A DNA stretch of 64,000 nt from an uncultured Thermoanaerobaculia bacterium. GTDB lineage: Bacteria > Acidobacteriota > Thermoanaerobaculia > Multivoradales > Multivoraceae. A program made the translations under genes and the position numbers. Shown here piece by piece: positions 36,867 through 46,206 of the stretch. The DNA lies in NCBI GenBank assembly GCA_951812325.1, contig OX638294.1, positions 529,136 through 593,135 on the forward strand, given 5' to 3'. The notes beneath the pieces were generated by a model. It was not told the origin of the DNA, did no database searches, and worked only from the letters and a program-made list of their open reading frames with translations. Numbering within the stretch: position 1 is the first letter of the stretch; each line of letters starts with the position of its first letter.

Positions 36867-38236
36867 ACCGCCTGGCGCGCCGACGCCAGCGACTGCGGGC
36901 CCGACAGGCGGACCGCTTCGGCCGCATGGCGGAGCAGGTCCACGTTCACAACCCGTTCTACCGGGCAAAGTGGCAAGCCGCCGGCTTCGACTCCCCGCCG
37001 ACCCTGGACGACCTGGAGAACCTTCCCTTCACGACCAAGGCCGAGCTCGCCGCCGACCAGGACGCGAACCCGCCCCGGGGCAGCAACCTGACCTTCCCCT
37101 TCGACCGCTACGTGCGCGTTCACCGCACGTCGGGAACGACCGGCAAGCCGCTGCGCTGGTTCGACACCCCGGCCAGCTGGCAGTGGTTCCTCGATTGCTG
37201 GCTTGAAACCTACAGGGGCGCCGGCGTCGGTCCCGACGACCGAGTCTTCGTCGCCTTCGGCTTCGGCCCCTTCGTGGGCTTCTGGACCGCGTTCGAGGCA
37301 GCGCAGCAACTCGGCTGTCTGGCCATGCCCGGCGGTCACCTGAGCACCGAGCAGCGCCTCAACGTGATCCGCGAGGAAGGCGCCACGGTTCTGGTGGCGA
37401 CGCCGACCTATGGCCTGCGCCTGCTCGAGGTCGCACGCCAGCTGGGCGTCGATCTCGCCGTCAGTTCGATCGAGCGGACGATTCACGGCGGCGAGCCGGG
37501 CGCCGGCGTACCGGCCGTCAAGCGCCAGCTCGCGGAGGGGTTCGGAGCTCGGGTCTTCGACCACGCCGGCGCGACGGAGGTCGGCGCCTGGGGCCACCCC
37601 TGCGGCGTCGGCGAGCATCTCCACATCTTCGAGGAGGAGTTCATCGTCGAGTGGCTCGACCGGACGACCGGAGAGCCGCTCCAACCGCTCGGCCCAGGCG
37701 CAAGCGAGACCGACCCGACCCTCGGCGAACTCGTCGAACATGGGCCTCGAGCGCGCGCTGGAGCGGCGGGCGCAAGCGAGACCGACCCGACCCTCGGCGA
37801 ACTCGTGCTGACCAACCTGGGCCGGATCGGCAGCCCGGTCGTCCGCTACCGCACCGGCGACGTCGGACGCCTGTGCGCCGCCGGCTGTCCCTGCGGCCGG
37901 CCGACCGTCTACCTCGATGGCGGTGTTCGCGCCCGCGCCGACGACATGTTCATCGTCCGCGGCGTGAACGTCTACCCGAGCTCGATCGACGCGATGATCC
38001 GGGAAGTCGGCGGAGTCGCCGAGTACCGCGCGACGGTACGCGAACGCCGGCAGATGGTCGAAGTCGAACTGGAGGTCGAGCCGGAGCCCGGCCGCGCGGC
38101 CGGAGTTCTCCGTCTCCGGCTACAGGATCTCTTCCAGAGGCGCCTCAGCCTCCGGATACCGGTACGCATCGCGGCGACCGGTTCCCTGACCCGCTATGAA
38201 CTCAAGGCGAACCGCTTCACGCTGGAGCGACCGTAG
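36836..38236 (+). CDS. phenylacetate-CoA ligase-like adenylate-forming enzyme (PaaK / F390 synthetase family)
   Basis: Family motifs present: NPFYRAKWQAAGF, RVHRTSGTTGKPLRWFDT, GGEPG, RYRTGD and FIVRGVNVYPSSID. The start is uncertain (TTG 36836 or GTG 36860). Confidence 0.8.
   Translation: MSGSERPAVRDRLARRRQRLRARQADRFGRMAEQVHVHNPFYRAKWQAAGFDSPPTLDDLENLPFTTKAELAADQDANPPRGSNLTFPFDRYVRVHRTSGTTGKPLRWFDTPASWQWFLDCWLETYRGAGVGPDDRVFVAFGFGPFVGFWTAFEAAQQLGCLAMPGGHLSTEQRLNVIREEGATVLVATPTYGLRLLEVARQLGVDLAVSSIERTIHGGEPGAGVPAVKRQLAEGFGARVFDHAGATEVGAWGHPCGVGEHLHIFEEEFIVEWLDRTTGEPLQPLGPGASETDPTLGELVEHGPRARAGAAGASETDPTLGELVLTNLGRIGSPVVRYRTGDVGRLCAAGCPCGRPTVYLDGGVRARADDMFIVRGVNVYPSSIDAMIREVGGVAEYRATVRERRQMVEVELEVEPEPGRAAGVLRLRLQDLFQRRLSLRIPVRIAATGSLTRYELKANRFTLERP
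37697..37808 (+). repeat. in-frame 72-bp tandem duplication inside the PaaK-like CDS
   Basis: GASETDPTLGELV is encoded at 37697 and again at 37769. Confidence 0.9.
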
Positions 38237-40466
38237 CGGACGGCCGGTTCAGGACCGCGAGCGTGCCGAACAGGACCGCTCCCACGCCGTTCACCGCGAT
38301 CCCCATCGCCGGCCCGCCCAGGTCCGGGACGAGCAGCAGAGCCGCCGAAACCAGCATCAGGACCCGCAGGGGCCTGCTCAACTCGGCGCGCAGGTAGCCG
38401 CTGACCCCGGCGGCCAGAGCCAGGATCCCGACCACCGCCGCGCCCAGGGCGAGCAACAGCGGCGGCAGGCCGGCGGCCCCTGCCGCGAAGAGGTTCCCAC
38501 CGTCCTCGTCCATCAGCAGCAGCGCCGGCCGGTAGACGAACATGTACGGCAGCGTGAAGCCGACCAGGGCGAAGCGGAACGCCGCCAGCGCCGTGCGCAT
38601 GACCGGCGCCTGAGCCAGGCTGGACGCCGCGTAGGCGGCCAGCGCGACCGGCGGCGTGACCATGGACATCATCCCGAAGTAGAAGATGAACAGGTGCGCG
38701 GCGAGCGGAATCACGCCGAGTTCCGACAGCAGGGAACCCATCAGCGTCGCCATGAGCAGGTAGCAGACGACGGACGGCACGCCCATGCCGAGAACCAGCG
38801 ACGTGACCATGATCCCGAGCAGGGCCAGGAACAGGTTGGTCGCCACGACCGACTTGATCGCGGCGCTGAAGTCCACGGCGATCCCGGTCTGCTGGACAAT
38901 TCCGATGATCGCGCCGACGCAGGCGCTCGCGGCGACCAGCGGAATCCCGTTGCGAGCCGCCTTGGTCAGCGCGCCGAGGATGTGCGGGCGCCACGCGCGG
39001 TGAATCAGCCCGAAGACCATCAGCCCGAGCATCGCCACGATCCCCGAGGAAAGCCAGGACTCGAAGACCTGCCGGAACGACGGGTCGGCCGGCGTGTCCG
39101 CCCACACGAGTTGATGGAGGATCGCCACCGCGCCGAAACAGCCGAGCGTCAGCTGGCGCAGCCTGCGCGGCAACTCGAACTCCTCGCGAAAAACCGCCAG
39201 GATCAGGATCACGATCAGCGAGCCCGTCACCGCGCGGAACGGCGAGAAACGCAGCAGAAGCAGCAGGATCAGGGTGCCGAGCGCGGAAATGAAGACGACC
39301 GCATCGAAACGGAGGACCGGCGGCGGCTCCCCGTCCCGCTTCGGCGTTCCGATGCGTCTCGAGTAGAAGTGGACGATCAGGAAGATCGACAGGTAGAAGA
39401 GGACCGCGGGGAGCAGAGCGGCCTGGACGATCTGCAGGAAGGTGACCTGGGGCTCCACGATCTCGAGCATCATGTAGGCCCCGGCGCCCATGACCGGCGG
39501 CACCAGCGCACCGCCCGAAGCCGCCGCGGCCTCGACCGCCGCCGCGACGTGCCGCTTGAAGCCGTTGCTGCGCATCATGGGAATCGTGAAAGCCCCGGTC
39601 GTCACCGCGTTGGCGACCGCGCTGCCCGACAGGGAGCCCAGAAGGCCGCTGCTCAGAACCGCCACCTTCGCCGGGCCGCCGGGCCTGGACCCGAACACCC
39701 GTTCGGCGAAGCGCATGACGAACCGGGTCGCCCCCGACATCTCGAGGAAGGCGCCGAAGACGACGAAGAGGAAGACGTAGCGGAACATGACGGAAGCCGC
39801 GGGCCCGAACACGCCCAGGCTCTGCAGGAAGGTCGTGCCGACCACGTCGCGCGGGTTCTGGCCGGCATGCGGGAAGAGCCAGTCCGGCAGGATCGGCCAG
39901 CCGCTGCGCAGGCTGTAGTAGCAGTAGAGCGTGTGCGCGACGAAGACCAGGGCCAGCGCGGGAACGATCCAGCCGATGCTGCGGCGGGCCGCCTCGAGGA
40001 CGAGCACCAGGCCGATCAGCCCGAGCGCGATGTCGCCGCCGGTCTCGATTCCGGCCCGGTTGCCGAGCGACCGGCCTCCCGCCCAGAGATGCTCGAAGGC
40101 GGGCTCCGTCTGCACGACGACGTACGCACAGGCCCCCGCCGCCGCCAGGCCCAGCACCAGGTCCAGACCGCGCAGCCACCGGTTCGAGGCAAGCCTCCCG
40201 TGAACCGGAAAGGCGAGGAAACAGAGCAGCAACCCGCCGCCGACGAACACCGCCAGCGACGACTGCGGCAGCAGGACGCCGTAGTTGACCTCGAACAGGA
40301 CGAAGAAGCACAGACCGACGCCGAGCGCCGCGATCAGGAAGCGGCGAAACCGTTCAAGGCTCGCCGGACCTGAGCTGGATTCCTCGGCGCCGGCGGATGC
40401 GGGCGAGACGCCCGCGTTCCCGGAAGGCACGGCGACTGACTTGGACGGCTGGTCTGGCGCGCTCAA
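38217..40466 (-). CDS. TRAP transporter fused permease (DctQ/DctM-like, TAXI-type)
   Basis: About 750 aa and highly hydrophobic with many TM segments. It lies directly downstream of a TAXI receptor gene. The proposed TTG start at 40466 overlaps the receptor stop (TTGA). The ORF is open to 40613, so the start is uncertain. Confidence 0.8.
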   Translation of the reverse strand: MSAPDQPSKSVAVPSGNAGVSPASAGAEESSSGPASLERFRRFLIAALGVGLCFFVLFEVNYGVLLPQSSLAVFVGGGLLLCFLAFPVHGRLASNRWLRGLDLVLGLAAAGACAYVVVQTEPAFEHLWAGGRSLGNRAGIETGGDIALGLIGLVLVLEAARRSIGWIVPALALVFVAHTLYCYYSLRSGWPILPDWLFPHAGQNPRDVVGTTFLQSLGVFGPAASVMFRYVFLFVVFGAFLEMSGATRFVMRFAERVFGSRPGGPAKVAVLSSGLLGSLSGSAVANAVTTGAFTIPMMRSNGFKRHVAAAVEAAAASGGALVPPVMGAGAYMMLEIVEPQVTFLQIVQAALLPAVLFYLSIFLIVHFYSRRIGTPKRDGEPPPVLRFDAVVFISALGTLILLLLLRFSPFRAVTGSLIVILILAVFREEFELPRRLRQLTLGCFGAVAILHQLVWADTPADPSFRQVFESWLSSGIVAMLGLMVFGLIHRAWRPHILGALTKAARNGIPLVAASACVGAIIGIVQQTGIAVDFSAAIKSVVATNLFLALLGIMVTSLVLGMGVPSVVCYLLMATLMGSLLSELGVIPLAAHLFIFYFGMMSMVTPPVALAAYAASSLAQAPVMRTALAAFRFALVGFTLPYMFVYRPALLLMDEDGGNLFAAGAAGLPPLLLALGAAVVGILALAAGVSGYLRAELSRPLRVLMLVSAALLLVPDLGGPAMGIAVNGVGAVLFGTLAVLNRPSATVAPA

Positions 40467-41452
40467 CCGGCGGCTTCGGGCCAGACGCCGATCTCGCGGT
40501 AGAAGCGTTCCGCGCCCGGATGGAAGGGGGTGCCGGTGTAGCGCGCCACGTTCGCCTCGTTGATCGCGCGCCCGGCGGGATGCTTGTCGGCCACCGACTG
40601 GCGGTTGTCCCAAAGCGTCTTCGTGATCCTGTAGACCAGCTCCTCGTCCGCGTCGGCCGAGGCAATCAGGTGCATCGAGCCCACGTTGAGCCCCGGATAG
40701 TCCTCGCTCAGGTCGGAATAGGCGTCGGCCGGAATCGTCGCGAGCTGGAAGAAGGGATAGTCGGCGGCCAGTTGCTGCCGCGTCTCCTCATCGAACGGCA
40801 CGAAGCGGATGTCGTAGGTGCTGCACGCCTGGGTTACCGCGCCGGTGGGCACGGCGCCACCCAGGAACGCGGCGTCGATCGCCCCGTCACCCAGCATGTC
40901 GACCGCGCCGCTCTGGGTGCCGTACACCTGGGTGAAGTCGTCGTAGGTCACGCCGTGGGCGGCCAGCAAGGGCTCGACGAACATCTCGAAGCCCGCGCCG
41001 GCGACGCCGACCATCGCTCGACGGCCCGCCAGATCGCCCATGCTCGTCACGCCCGAATCCGTCTTCGTCACGAAGGTCGCGATGTTCGGCGCCAGGGTGG
41101 CCACGGCGCGGATGTCGTAGCTCTGCTCCCAACCGGACTCGCCGAGAACCGCGAAGTAGCTGATCGCCGAATTGGAGAGCGCGAGCTGCAGTTCGCCCCG
41201 CACCAGCCGGCGGATGTTCTCCTGCGAGCCCTTCGTGCCGCGGGGCTGCACGCGCCATTCGTTCTCGCCCCGGTTCTCGTTCAGGACCTCGGCGATCGCG
41301 CCGCCGACGACCGGGAAAGCGCCGCCGACCGGCGCGGTTCCCATGCTCAGGAACTGCGGACCGCCGGAAGCTGCGTCGCCCGCGTCGCCGCCACCGCCGC
41401 AGGCGAGGCAGAAGACGAGCAGAGGGAGTGAAGCGAGGGAACGGATCTTCAT
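40463..41452 (-). CDS. TAXI-family TRAP transporter solute-binding lipoprotein
   Basis: It has a lipoprotein signal MKIRSLASLPLLVFCLACGG. The body fits the TAXI/NMT1-like fold (ENIRRLVRGELQLALSNS, TLAPNIATFVT). It ends ...HPGAERFYREIGVWPE. Confidence 0.8.
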   Translation of the reverse strand: MKIRSLASLPLLVFCLACGGGGDAGDAASGGPQFLSMGTAPVGGAFPVVGGAIAEVLNENRGENEWRVQPRGTKGSQENIRRLVRGELQLALSNSAISYFAVLGESGWEQSYDIRAVATLAPNIATFVTKTDSGVTSMGDLAGRRAMVGVAGAGFEMFVEPLLAAHGVTYDDFTQVYGTQSGAVDMLGDGAIDAAFLGGAVPTGAVTQACSTYDIRFVPFDEETRQQLAADYPFFQLATIPADAYSDLSEDYPGLNVGSMHLIASADADEELVYRITKTLWDNRQSVADKHPAGRAINEANVARYTGTPFHPGAERFYREIGVWPEAAG

Positions 41453-41511
41453 GCGGGGATTCCTCTCGAACCGCGAAAACGCCAGAACCGGCAAACCGGG
41501 AGCGCGCGATC

Positions 41512-41765
41512 CTAGCAGTCCGCGGCAGAAGTCCGTGTCGCACCGAGAGTGGCCAGGCGCCCGCCCGGCAAGGCGCGACCAGGGAGCATATCGGGGCCGC
41601 CCTCAATCCCGGGAACAAGGGCGACAGAGGAGCTTGCCCGGGTGGCGCGCTCCGCGCCACCCGCGAACCAGTCCGTGCGCCCGTCATCGGGCGCACGAAT
41701 AGCACGATGCCGGGCGGGATGCATGGCCGCTCGAATGCAGCGCGACTTCTGCCACGGACTGCTAG
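41512..41765. mobile_element. 254-bp MITE-like non-autonomous element, copy A
   Basis: The terminal inverted repeats ctagcagtccgcggcagaagtc and gacttctgccacggactgctag match at 21 of 22 positions. It has an internal twin-hairpin core and no coding capacity for a transposase. A near-identical copy lies at 56712-56964. Confidence 0.8.
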
Positions 41766-41782
41766 AAGGCGGCCAACCGCTC

Positions 41783-43174
41783 TCAGCCGCCCGGCTCGGC
41801 GATGCAGTAGAGGAAGCTCGCGGTGCGCAGATACAGCCTGCCGGGCGCCACTCCCAGCGACGACAGCGTGAAGCCCTGGACCTCGTTCCTGGACAGGATC
41901 TCGAACTCGGGACCGTCGCGGACGACCGTGGTCACCCCGTCCTCGTTCGTCGCGTAGACCTTGCCGTCGGCAACCAGCAGGGAGGCGCTGTAGGTGCCCG
42001 GGGCCAACCGCCGGTTCTCCCAGACCGGCTTCCCGGTGGCCGCGTCGAGCCGCGACAGCAGACCGTTGTCTCTCAGCAGGTAGAGGGTCTCCCCGTCGGT
42101 CGCCGGCGTCGGCACGTCCGGTCCGCGGTCCGTCTCCCACAGGATTTCAGGATCGCCGCCGTCCCCAAGCCGCAGCGCCTTCATCGGACTGACGCGGGTG
42201 GGCACGAAGACCAGGTCGCCCGAAGCCACCGGCGACGCGACGACCCGGTACATCGGGCTGTCCCTTGGGTTGAAGCCCTCCACCCGCCAGAGCTCGCGGC
42301 CGCTGCCGGGGTCGTGGCCCGTAGCGACGTCGCCTCCGTTCAACACGAGAACGTGTCCATCGCCGCTCTCGACCAGGGCCGGCGTGATGTAGGCGTCCGG
42401 CGACTCCATCCGCGCGTTGGTGGGCCGCTCCTGCCGCCAGATCGTCTCCCCCGAGTCGGCGTCGATGGCCAGCAGGTAGGACGGATCGTCCGTCTTCATG
42501 CCGTGCAGTACCGGCACGAAGAGCACGTTCCGCCACAGCAGCGCGGAGGAGCCGTAGCCGTGGTTCAGCCCGAAGGCGCCGTAGTCCTGTTCGAGTTCGC
42601 GCGCCCAGAGCTGGTTGCCCTCGAAATCCCAGGCCTGCAGGACGCCGGTGCCGGTCAGCACCCAGACCCGCTCGCCGTCCGTGACCGGCGACGGCGACGA
42701 CATGTTGTGCTTGCGCTGGAACCGGTTGCCGCCTGCCACCTTCCGCCGCCAGACGACTTCGCCGGAGTCGGCGTCGACCAGCCACAGGAAGAGGTCGTCC
42801 CCTTCCGCCACGTTGAGGAAGAGGCGCTTGCCGACGACGATAGGCGTTGATCCCGAGCGATCCGGAAGCGGCAGTTTCCAGACGATGTTCCGCTCCGTTT
42901 CGCCGTCGTGGGACCACTCGAGCGGCAGACCGGTGTGCTCGCTGTAGCCGTTGCGGTCGGGGCCTCGCCAGTTCGGCCACTCCGAGGCGCCCGCCGCCGC
43001 GACGGCGGCGAGGGACGCGAGGGACGCGAGGGACGCGCAGACGGTGCGAAGCGCGCGCCGCGGCCCGGCCGCGAGTCTCCGGGGCCCGGCCTCGGGAACG
43101 CCCACGCGGAGGCCGACGAAGGAACGCCGGCGGATGAAGGTCTCCCGATCGCCCGCGAGGTCGACGCGGCTCAC
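41783..43174 (-). CDS. PQQ-like beta-propeller repeat protein (secreted)
   Basis: 463 aa. It has a signal-like N-terminus, WPNWRGPDRNGYS, and repeated ...G..VW... propeller blades (GEVVWRRKV, GKPVWENRR). Confidence 0.75.
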   Translation of the reverse strand: MSRVDLAGDRETFIRRRSFVGLRVGVPEAGPRRLAAGPRRALRTVCASLASLASLAAVAAAGASEWPNWRGPDRNGYSEHTGLPLEWSHDGETERNIVWKLPLPDRSGSTPIVVGKRLFLNVAEGDDLFLWLVDADSGEVVWRRKVAGGNRFQRKHNMSSPSPVTDGERVWVLTGTGVLQAWDFEGNQLWARELEQDYGAFGLNHGYGSSALLWRNVLFVPVLHGMKTDDPSYLLAIDADSGETIWRQERPTNARMESPDAYITPALVESGDGHVLVLNGGDVATGHDPGSGRELWRVEGFNPRDSPMYRVVASPVASGDLVFVPTRVSPMKALRLGDGGDPEILWETDRGPDVPTPATDGETLYLLRDNGLLSRLDAATGKPVWENRRLAPGTYSASLLVADGKVYATNEDGVTTVVRDGPEFEILSRNEVQGFTLSSLGVAPGRLYLRTASFLYCIAEPGG

Positions 43175-46119
43175 GCAGCCTCCCGCGCCGGCGCCGGCTC
43201 TTCGGCTTCCGCGGCCGCCGCTTCCTCGTCCGGTTGCGCCGATTCCGGCATCAGCAGGACCTGGACCAGGTTCTCACCGGCGAGATAGTCCTCCGCGGCT
43301 TCCGCGATCATGTCCGCATCGAGCTCATCGAAGAGCCGCTCGTACTCAAGAATCGTGAGCGGATCCTCGCCAAACCGGTACACCGTCTGCAGCACGCCCA
43401 GCCAGAAGCCGTTCGTCTCCTTCGCCGTCTCCCTGGCCCGGCGCTGCTGTTCCCGGATGCTGGCCACCTCCTCTTCCGTCGCCGGTTCGGTGCGAATCCT
43501 CGCGATCTCCTCGTCGACCGCCTGGAGCATCTCCCCGACGCGGTCGGGATCGCAGCCGAAGAGAATCTGCACGGCGAACTCCGGGACCGGGATCCGGTCC
43601 GCGCCTCCGCTCACGTTGGCGCCGTAGGTACCGCCCAGTTCCTCCCGCAGACGCTCCCGGAGACGCTCCCGCAGCAGCGAGGTCATCGAGTCCAGGCGGT
43701 AGCGGTTCAACTGGCTCTGTTCGAAGGAGCCGCTGAACACCAGGGCGACCTGGCTCTGCTCCTCCAGGCCCTTGTACACCGTCCGTTCGATGCGGCCCCT
43801 GGGGGTGCGCACGCCGACATCTCTCCAGGTTTCCTCGCGACCGGTGGACGGCAGGCCGCCCAGCCAGGTCTCGACGAGCGGTTCGACCGCGTCCAGTTCG
43901 AAGCTGCCGGCCAGGAAGAAGGTGAAGTCGGAGAAGTCCCGGAAGCGGTCCTCGTAGACGGCGAAGATCCGGTCCTGGTCCAGTTCCGTCAGCATCTCCT
44001 CGGTCAGCAGGCGGCGACGCGGATGGTTCTGGCTCAAGAGCTCGACGAACGTCTTCATGAAGGCGTATCGGGGCATCGCGCTCTGGTTGCGCAGCAGGGC
44101 GCCCTGCCGGGTCAGAAAGGACTCGTACGCCTCCGCGTCGCGGCGCGGCGAGGTTCCGCCCAGGTAGATCAGCTCGAACAGCGTCTCCAGGTCCTTTGGC
44201 GAGCCTCGACCGCCGATGCTCTCGAACAGCGGCCCGATGACGGCGCCGACGCGTGCGACCTTGCCGGCCAGCGCCTTGTTCAACTGGGTGAGGCTGAAGT
44301 TCCCGAAGCCGGAGAGTTGCACCACCGACGTCGCCACGTTGGCCTCCAGCCAGTCCTCGTCCGAGACCAGCGAGGCGCCCCCGGGGCTGAAGGAGCCAAC
44401 CAGGATCTCGTCGTTCTTGAAATCGCTCGGGCGCAGAACGACCCGGACGCCGTTCGAGAGCCGCCACTCGGTGACCCCGAGCTCCTCGATCGTCGACCGT
44501 TCCACGATCCGGCCGGGCGAAGGCGGGACGGGCACCAGCGCGCCCTCGCCGACGTCGTCCTCGTAGGCCGCGACCTCGACCTGCCCGACCCGGTCGAAGG
44601 CGGCGAGCAACTCCTCCTCGGCGGGCTGGTCGAGCCCCTCCTTCTCGGGGCCGCTGGCCAGAATCACGCGGTCGTGGTCGTGGATCCAGGAGTCGGCGAC
44701 CGCGTTGACCTCGGCCAACCCGATCTCGGGCACGTACCGCCGCGCCAGCTCCCGCTCGTAGGCGATGCCCGGAAACGGCTCATCGCTCAGGAAGTGCCGC
44801 GAGTACTCGCCGGTGTACGCCGCGGAATGGGTCTTGTCCCGTTCGTCCCAGGCCCGGTCGATCGAGCGCAGCGTGTTGATCCGCGCCCGTTCCAGCTCAC
44901 TCTCTTCGAAACCGTGCCGCCGGGCCCGCTCGGACTCGGTGAGCAGGGCCTCGAGCGCCCGTACCGCGTCGCCCTCACGGGCGCCGGCCGAGAGCACGTA
45001 CAGGCTGCGGGTGCGGGCCAGCGTCCCCCTGCCGCTGGTGGCGCCGATGAACGGCGGGTCGGCCTCCTCGGCCCGCTCCGCCAGCCGGTTGTTCAGCATC
45101 CCGTTGTAGAGGCCGCGGACCAGTCGTGCGCGGTAGTCCGCAACGGTGACGAACTCATCCGCCGGGCCCTTGTACGCGACCGATACCGAGGAGCGCGGCA
45201 ACTCGGGATCGCTGAACACGGACACCAGCGTCTCTTCGTGGGGCGGAATCTCGGCTTCGAACCGCTCGCGCGGCTCGTCCGGCCCCTCGAGCCTGCCGAA
45301 GCGTTCCCGGATCTCCGACGCGACCTCCGCCGCGTCGAAGTCCCCCACGGCGATCACCGCCATCAGATCCGGCCGATACCAGTCGCGGTAGAAGTCCCGC
45401 AGCCGCTCCGGCGGCGCCTCCCGCAGCATCTCCGGGTCGCCGATCGGCAACCGCTCGGCGTAGCGCGAGCCGTGGAAACGGTAGGGAATCTCCGCATCGC
45501 GCAGCCGCGCGCCCGCACCCCGATCGCCCCTCCATTCCTCGACCACGACGCCGCGTTCCTTCTCGATCTCCTCGTCCTCCAGGCTGACGCCCGAAGCCCA
45601 GTCCTCAAGTACCAGAAGCGCCGTGTCGAGAATCTCCGGATCGTCGGTCGGCACTTCCAGCATGTAGACGGTCTCGTCGAAGCTCGTGTAGGCGTTGACG
45701 TCGGGCCCGAACCGCATGCCGATGCCCTGCAGGTAGTCGAGCAGCTCCGTCTTCTCGAAGTTCCTCGTGCCGTTGAACGCCATGTGCTCGACGAAGTGCG
45801 CCAGACCGCGCTGGTCGTCGTCCTCGAGCACCGAGCCCGCACGCACGATGAGACGCAGGAAGGCGCGGTTCTCCGGCCGGCCATTGCTGCGCACGTAGTA
45901 GCGGAGACCGTTGTCCAGTTCTCCGGTCAGCACGGCCGGATCCCGGGGCAGGACCTCGGTCAGCTCCCAGGTCCAGTCGCCGCCACCCTCCGCCGTTTCG
46001 CCGGCGGCTTCCTCCTGCTGGGCAAACGCGGCGGCGACACCGCAGAGGAGGACGGAAAGCGAGACGATCCCGACCAGGACACCGCCGTGCGTTTCCCCCG
46101 ACGACCGGGTACCCGACAT
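43171..46119 (-). CDS. M16 (pitrilysin/insulinase) family zinc peptidase, double-unit
   Basis: It has the inverted zinc motif HFVEHMAFNGT and two tandem M16 halves. It has a signal peptide from MSGTRSSGETHGGVLVGIVSLSVLLCGVAAAFA (ATG 46119). The ORF is open to 46197. Confidence 0.85.
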   Translation of the reverse strand: MSGTRSSGETHGGVLVGIVSLSVLLCGVAAAFAQQEEAAGETAEGGGDWTWELTEVLPRDPAVLTGELDNGLRYYVRSNGRPENRAFLRLIVRAGSVLEDDDQRGLAHFVEHMAFNGTRNFEKTELLDYLQGIGMRFGPDVNAYTSFDETVYMLEVPTDDPEILDTALLVLEDWASGVSLEDEEIEKERGVVVEEWRGDRGAGARLRDAEIPYRFHGSRYAERLPIGDPEMLREAPPERLRDFYRDWYRPDLMAVIAVGDFDAAEVASEIRERFGRLEGPDEPRERFEAEIPPHEETLVSVFSDPELPRSSVSVAYKGPADEFVTVADYRARLVRGLYNGMLNNRLAERAEEADPPFIGATSGRGTLARTRSLYVLSAGAREGDAVRALEALLTESERARRHGFEESELERARINTLRSIDRAWDERDKTHSAAYTGEYSRHFLSDEPFPGIAYERELARRYVPEIGLAEVNAVADSWIHDHDRVILASGPEKEGLDQPAEEELLAAFDRVGQVEVAAYEDDVGEGALVPVPPSPGRIVERSTIEELGVTEWRLSNGVRVVLRPSDFKNDEILVGSFSPGGASLVSDEDWLEANVATSVVQLSGFGNFSLTQLNKALAGKVARVGAVIGPLFESIGGRGSPKDLETLFELIYLGGTSPRRDAEAYESFLTRQGALLRNQSAMPRYAFMKTFVELLSQNHPRRRLLTEEMLTELDQDRIFAVYEDRFRDFSDFTFFLAGSFELDAVEPLVETWLGGLPSTGREETWRDVGVRTPRGRIERTVYKGLEEQSQVALVFSGSFEQSQLNRYRLDSMTSLLRERLRERLREELGGTYGANVSGGADRIPVPEFAVQILFGCDPDRVGEMLQAVDEEIARIRTEPATEEEVASIREQQRRARETAKETNGFWLGVLQTVYRFGEDPLTILEYERLFDELDADMIAEAAEDYLAGENLVQVLLMPESAQPDEEAAAAEAEEPAPAREAA

Positions 46120-46206
46120 CGCGCCCCGACTGCCCGCGCTCCGCCCCGAAGGGCCGTTCCACTCGATCATCGGTTCCTCCTCCTCTGTGGTTGTCAACTG
46201 GGGTTG

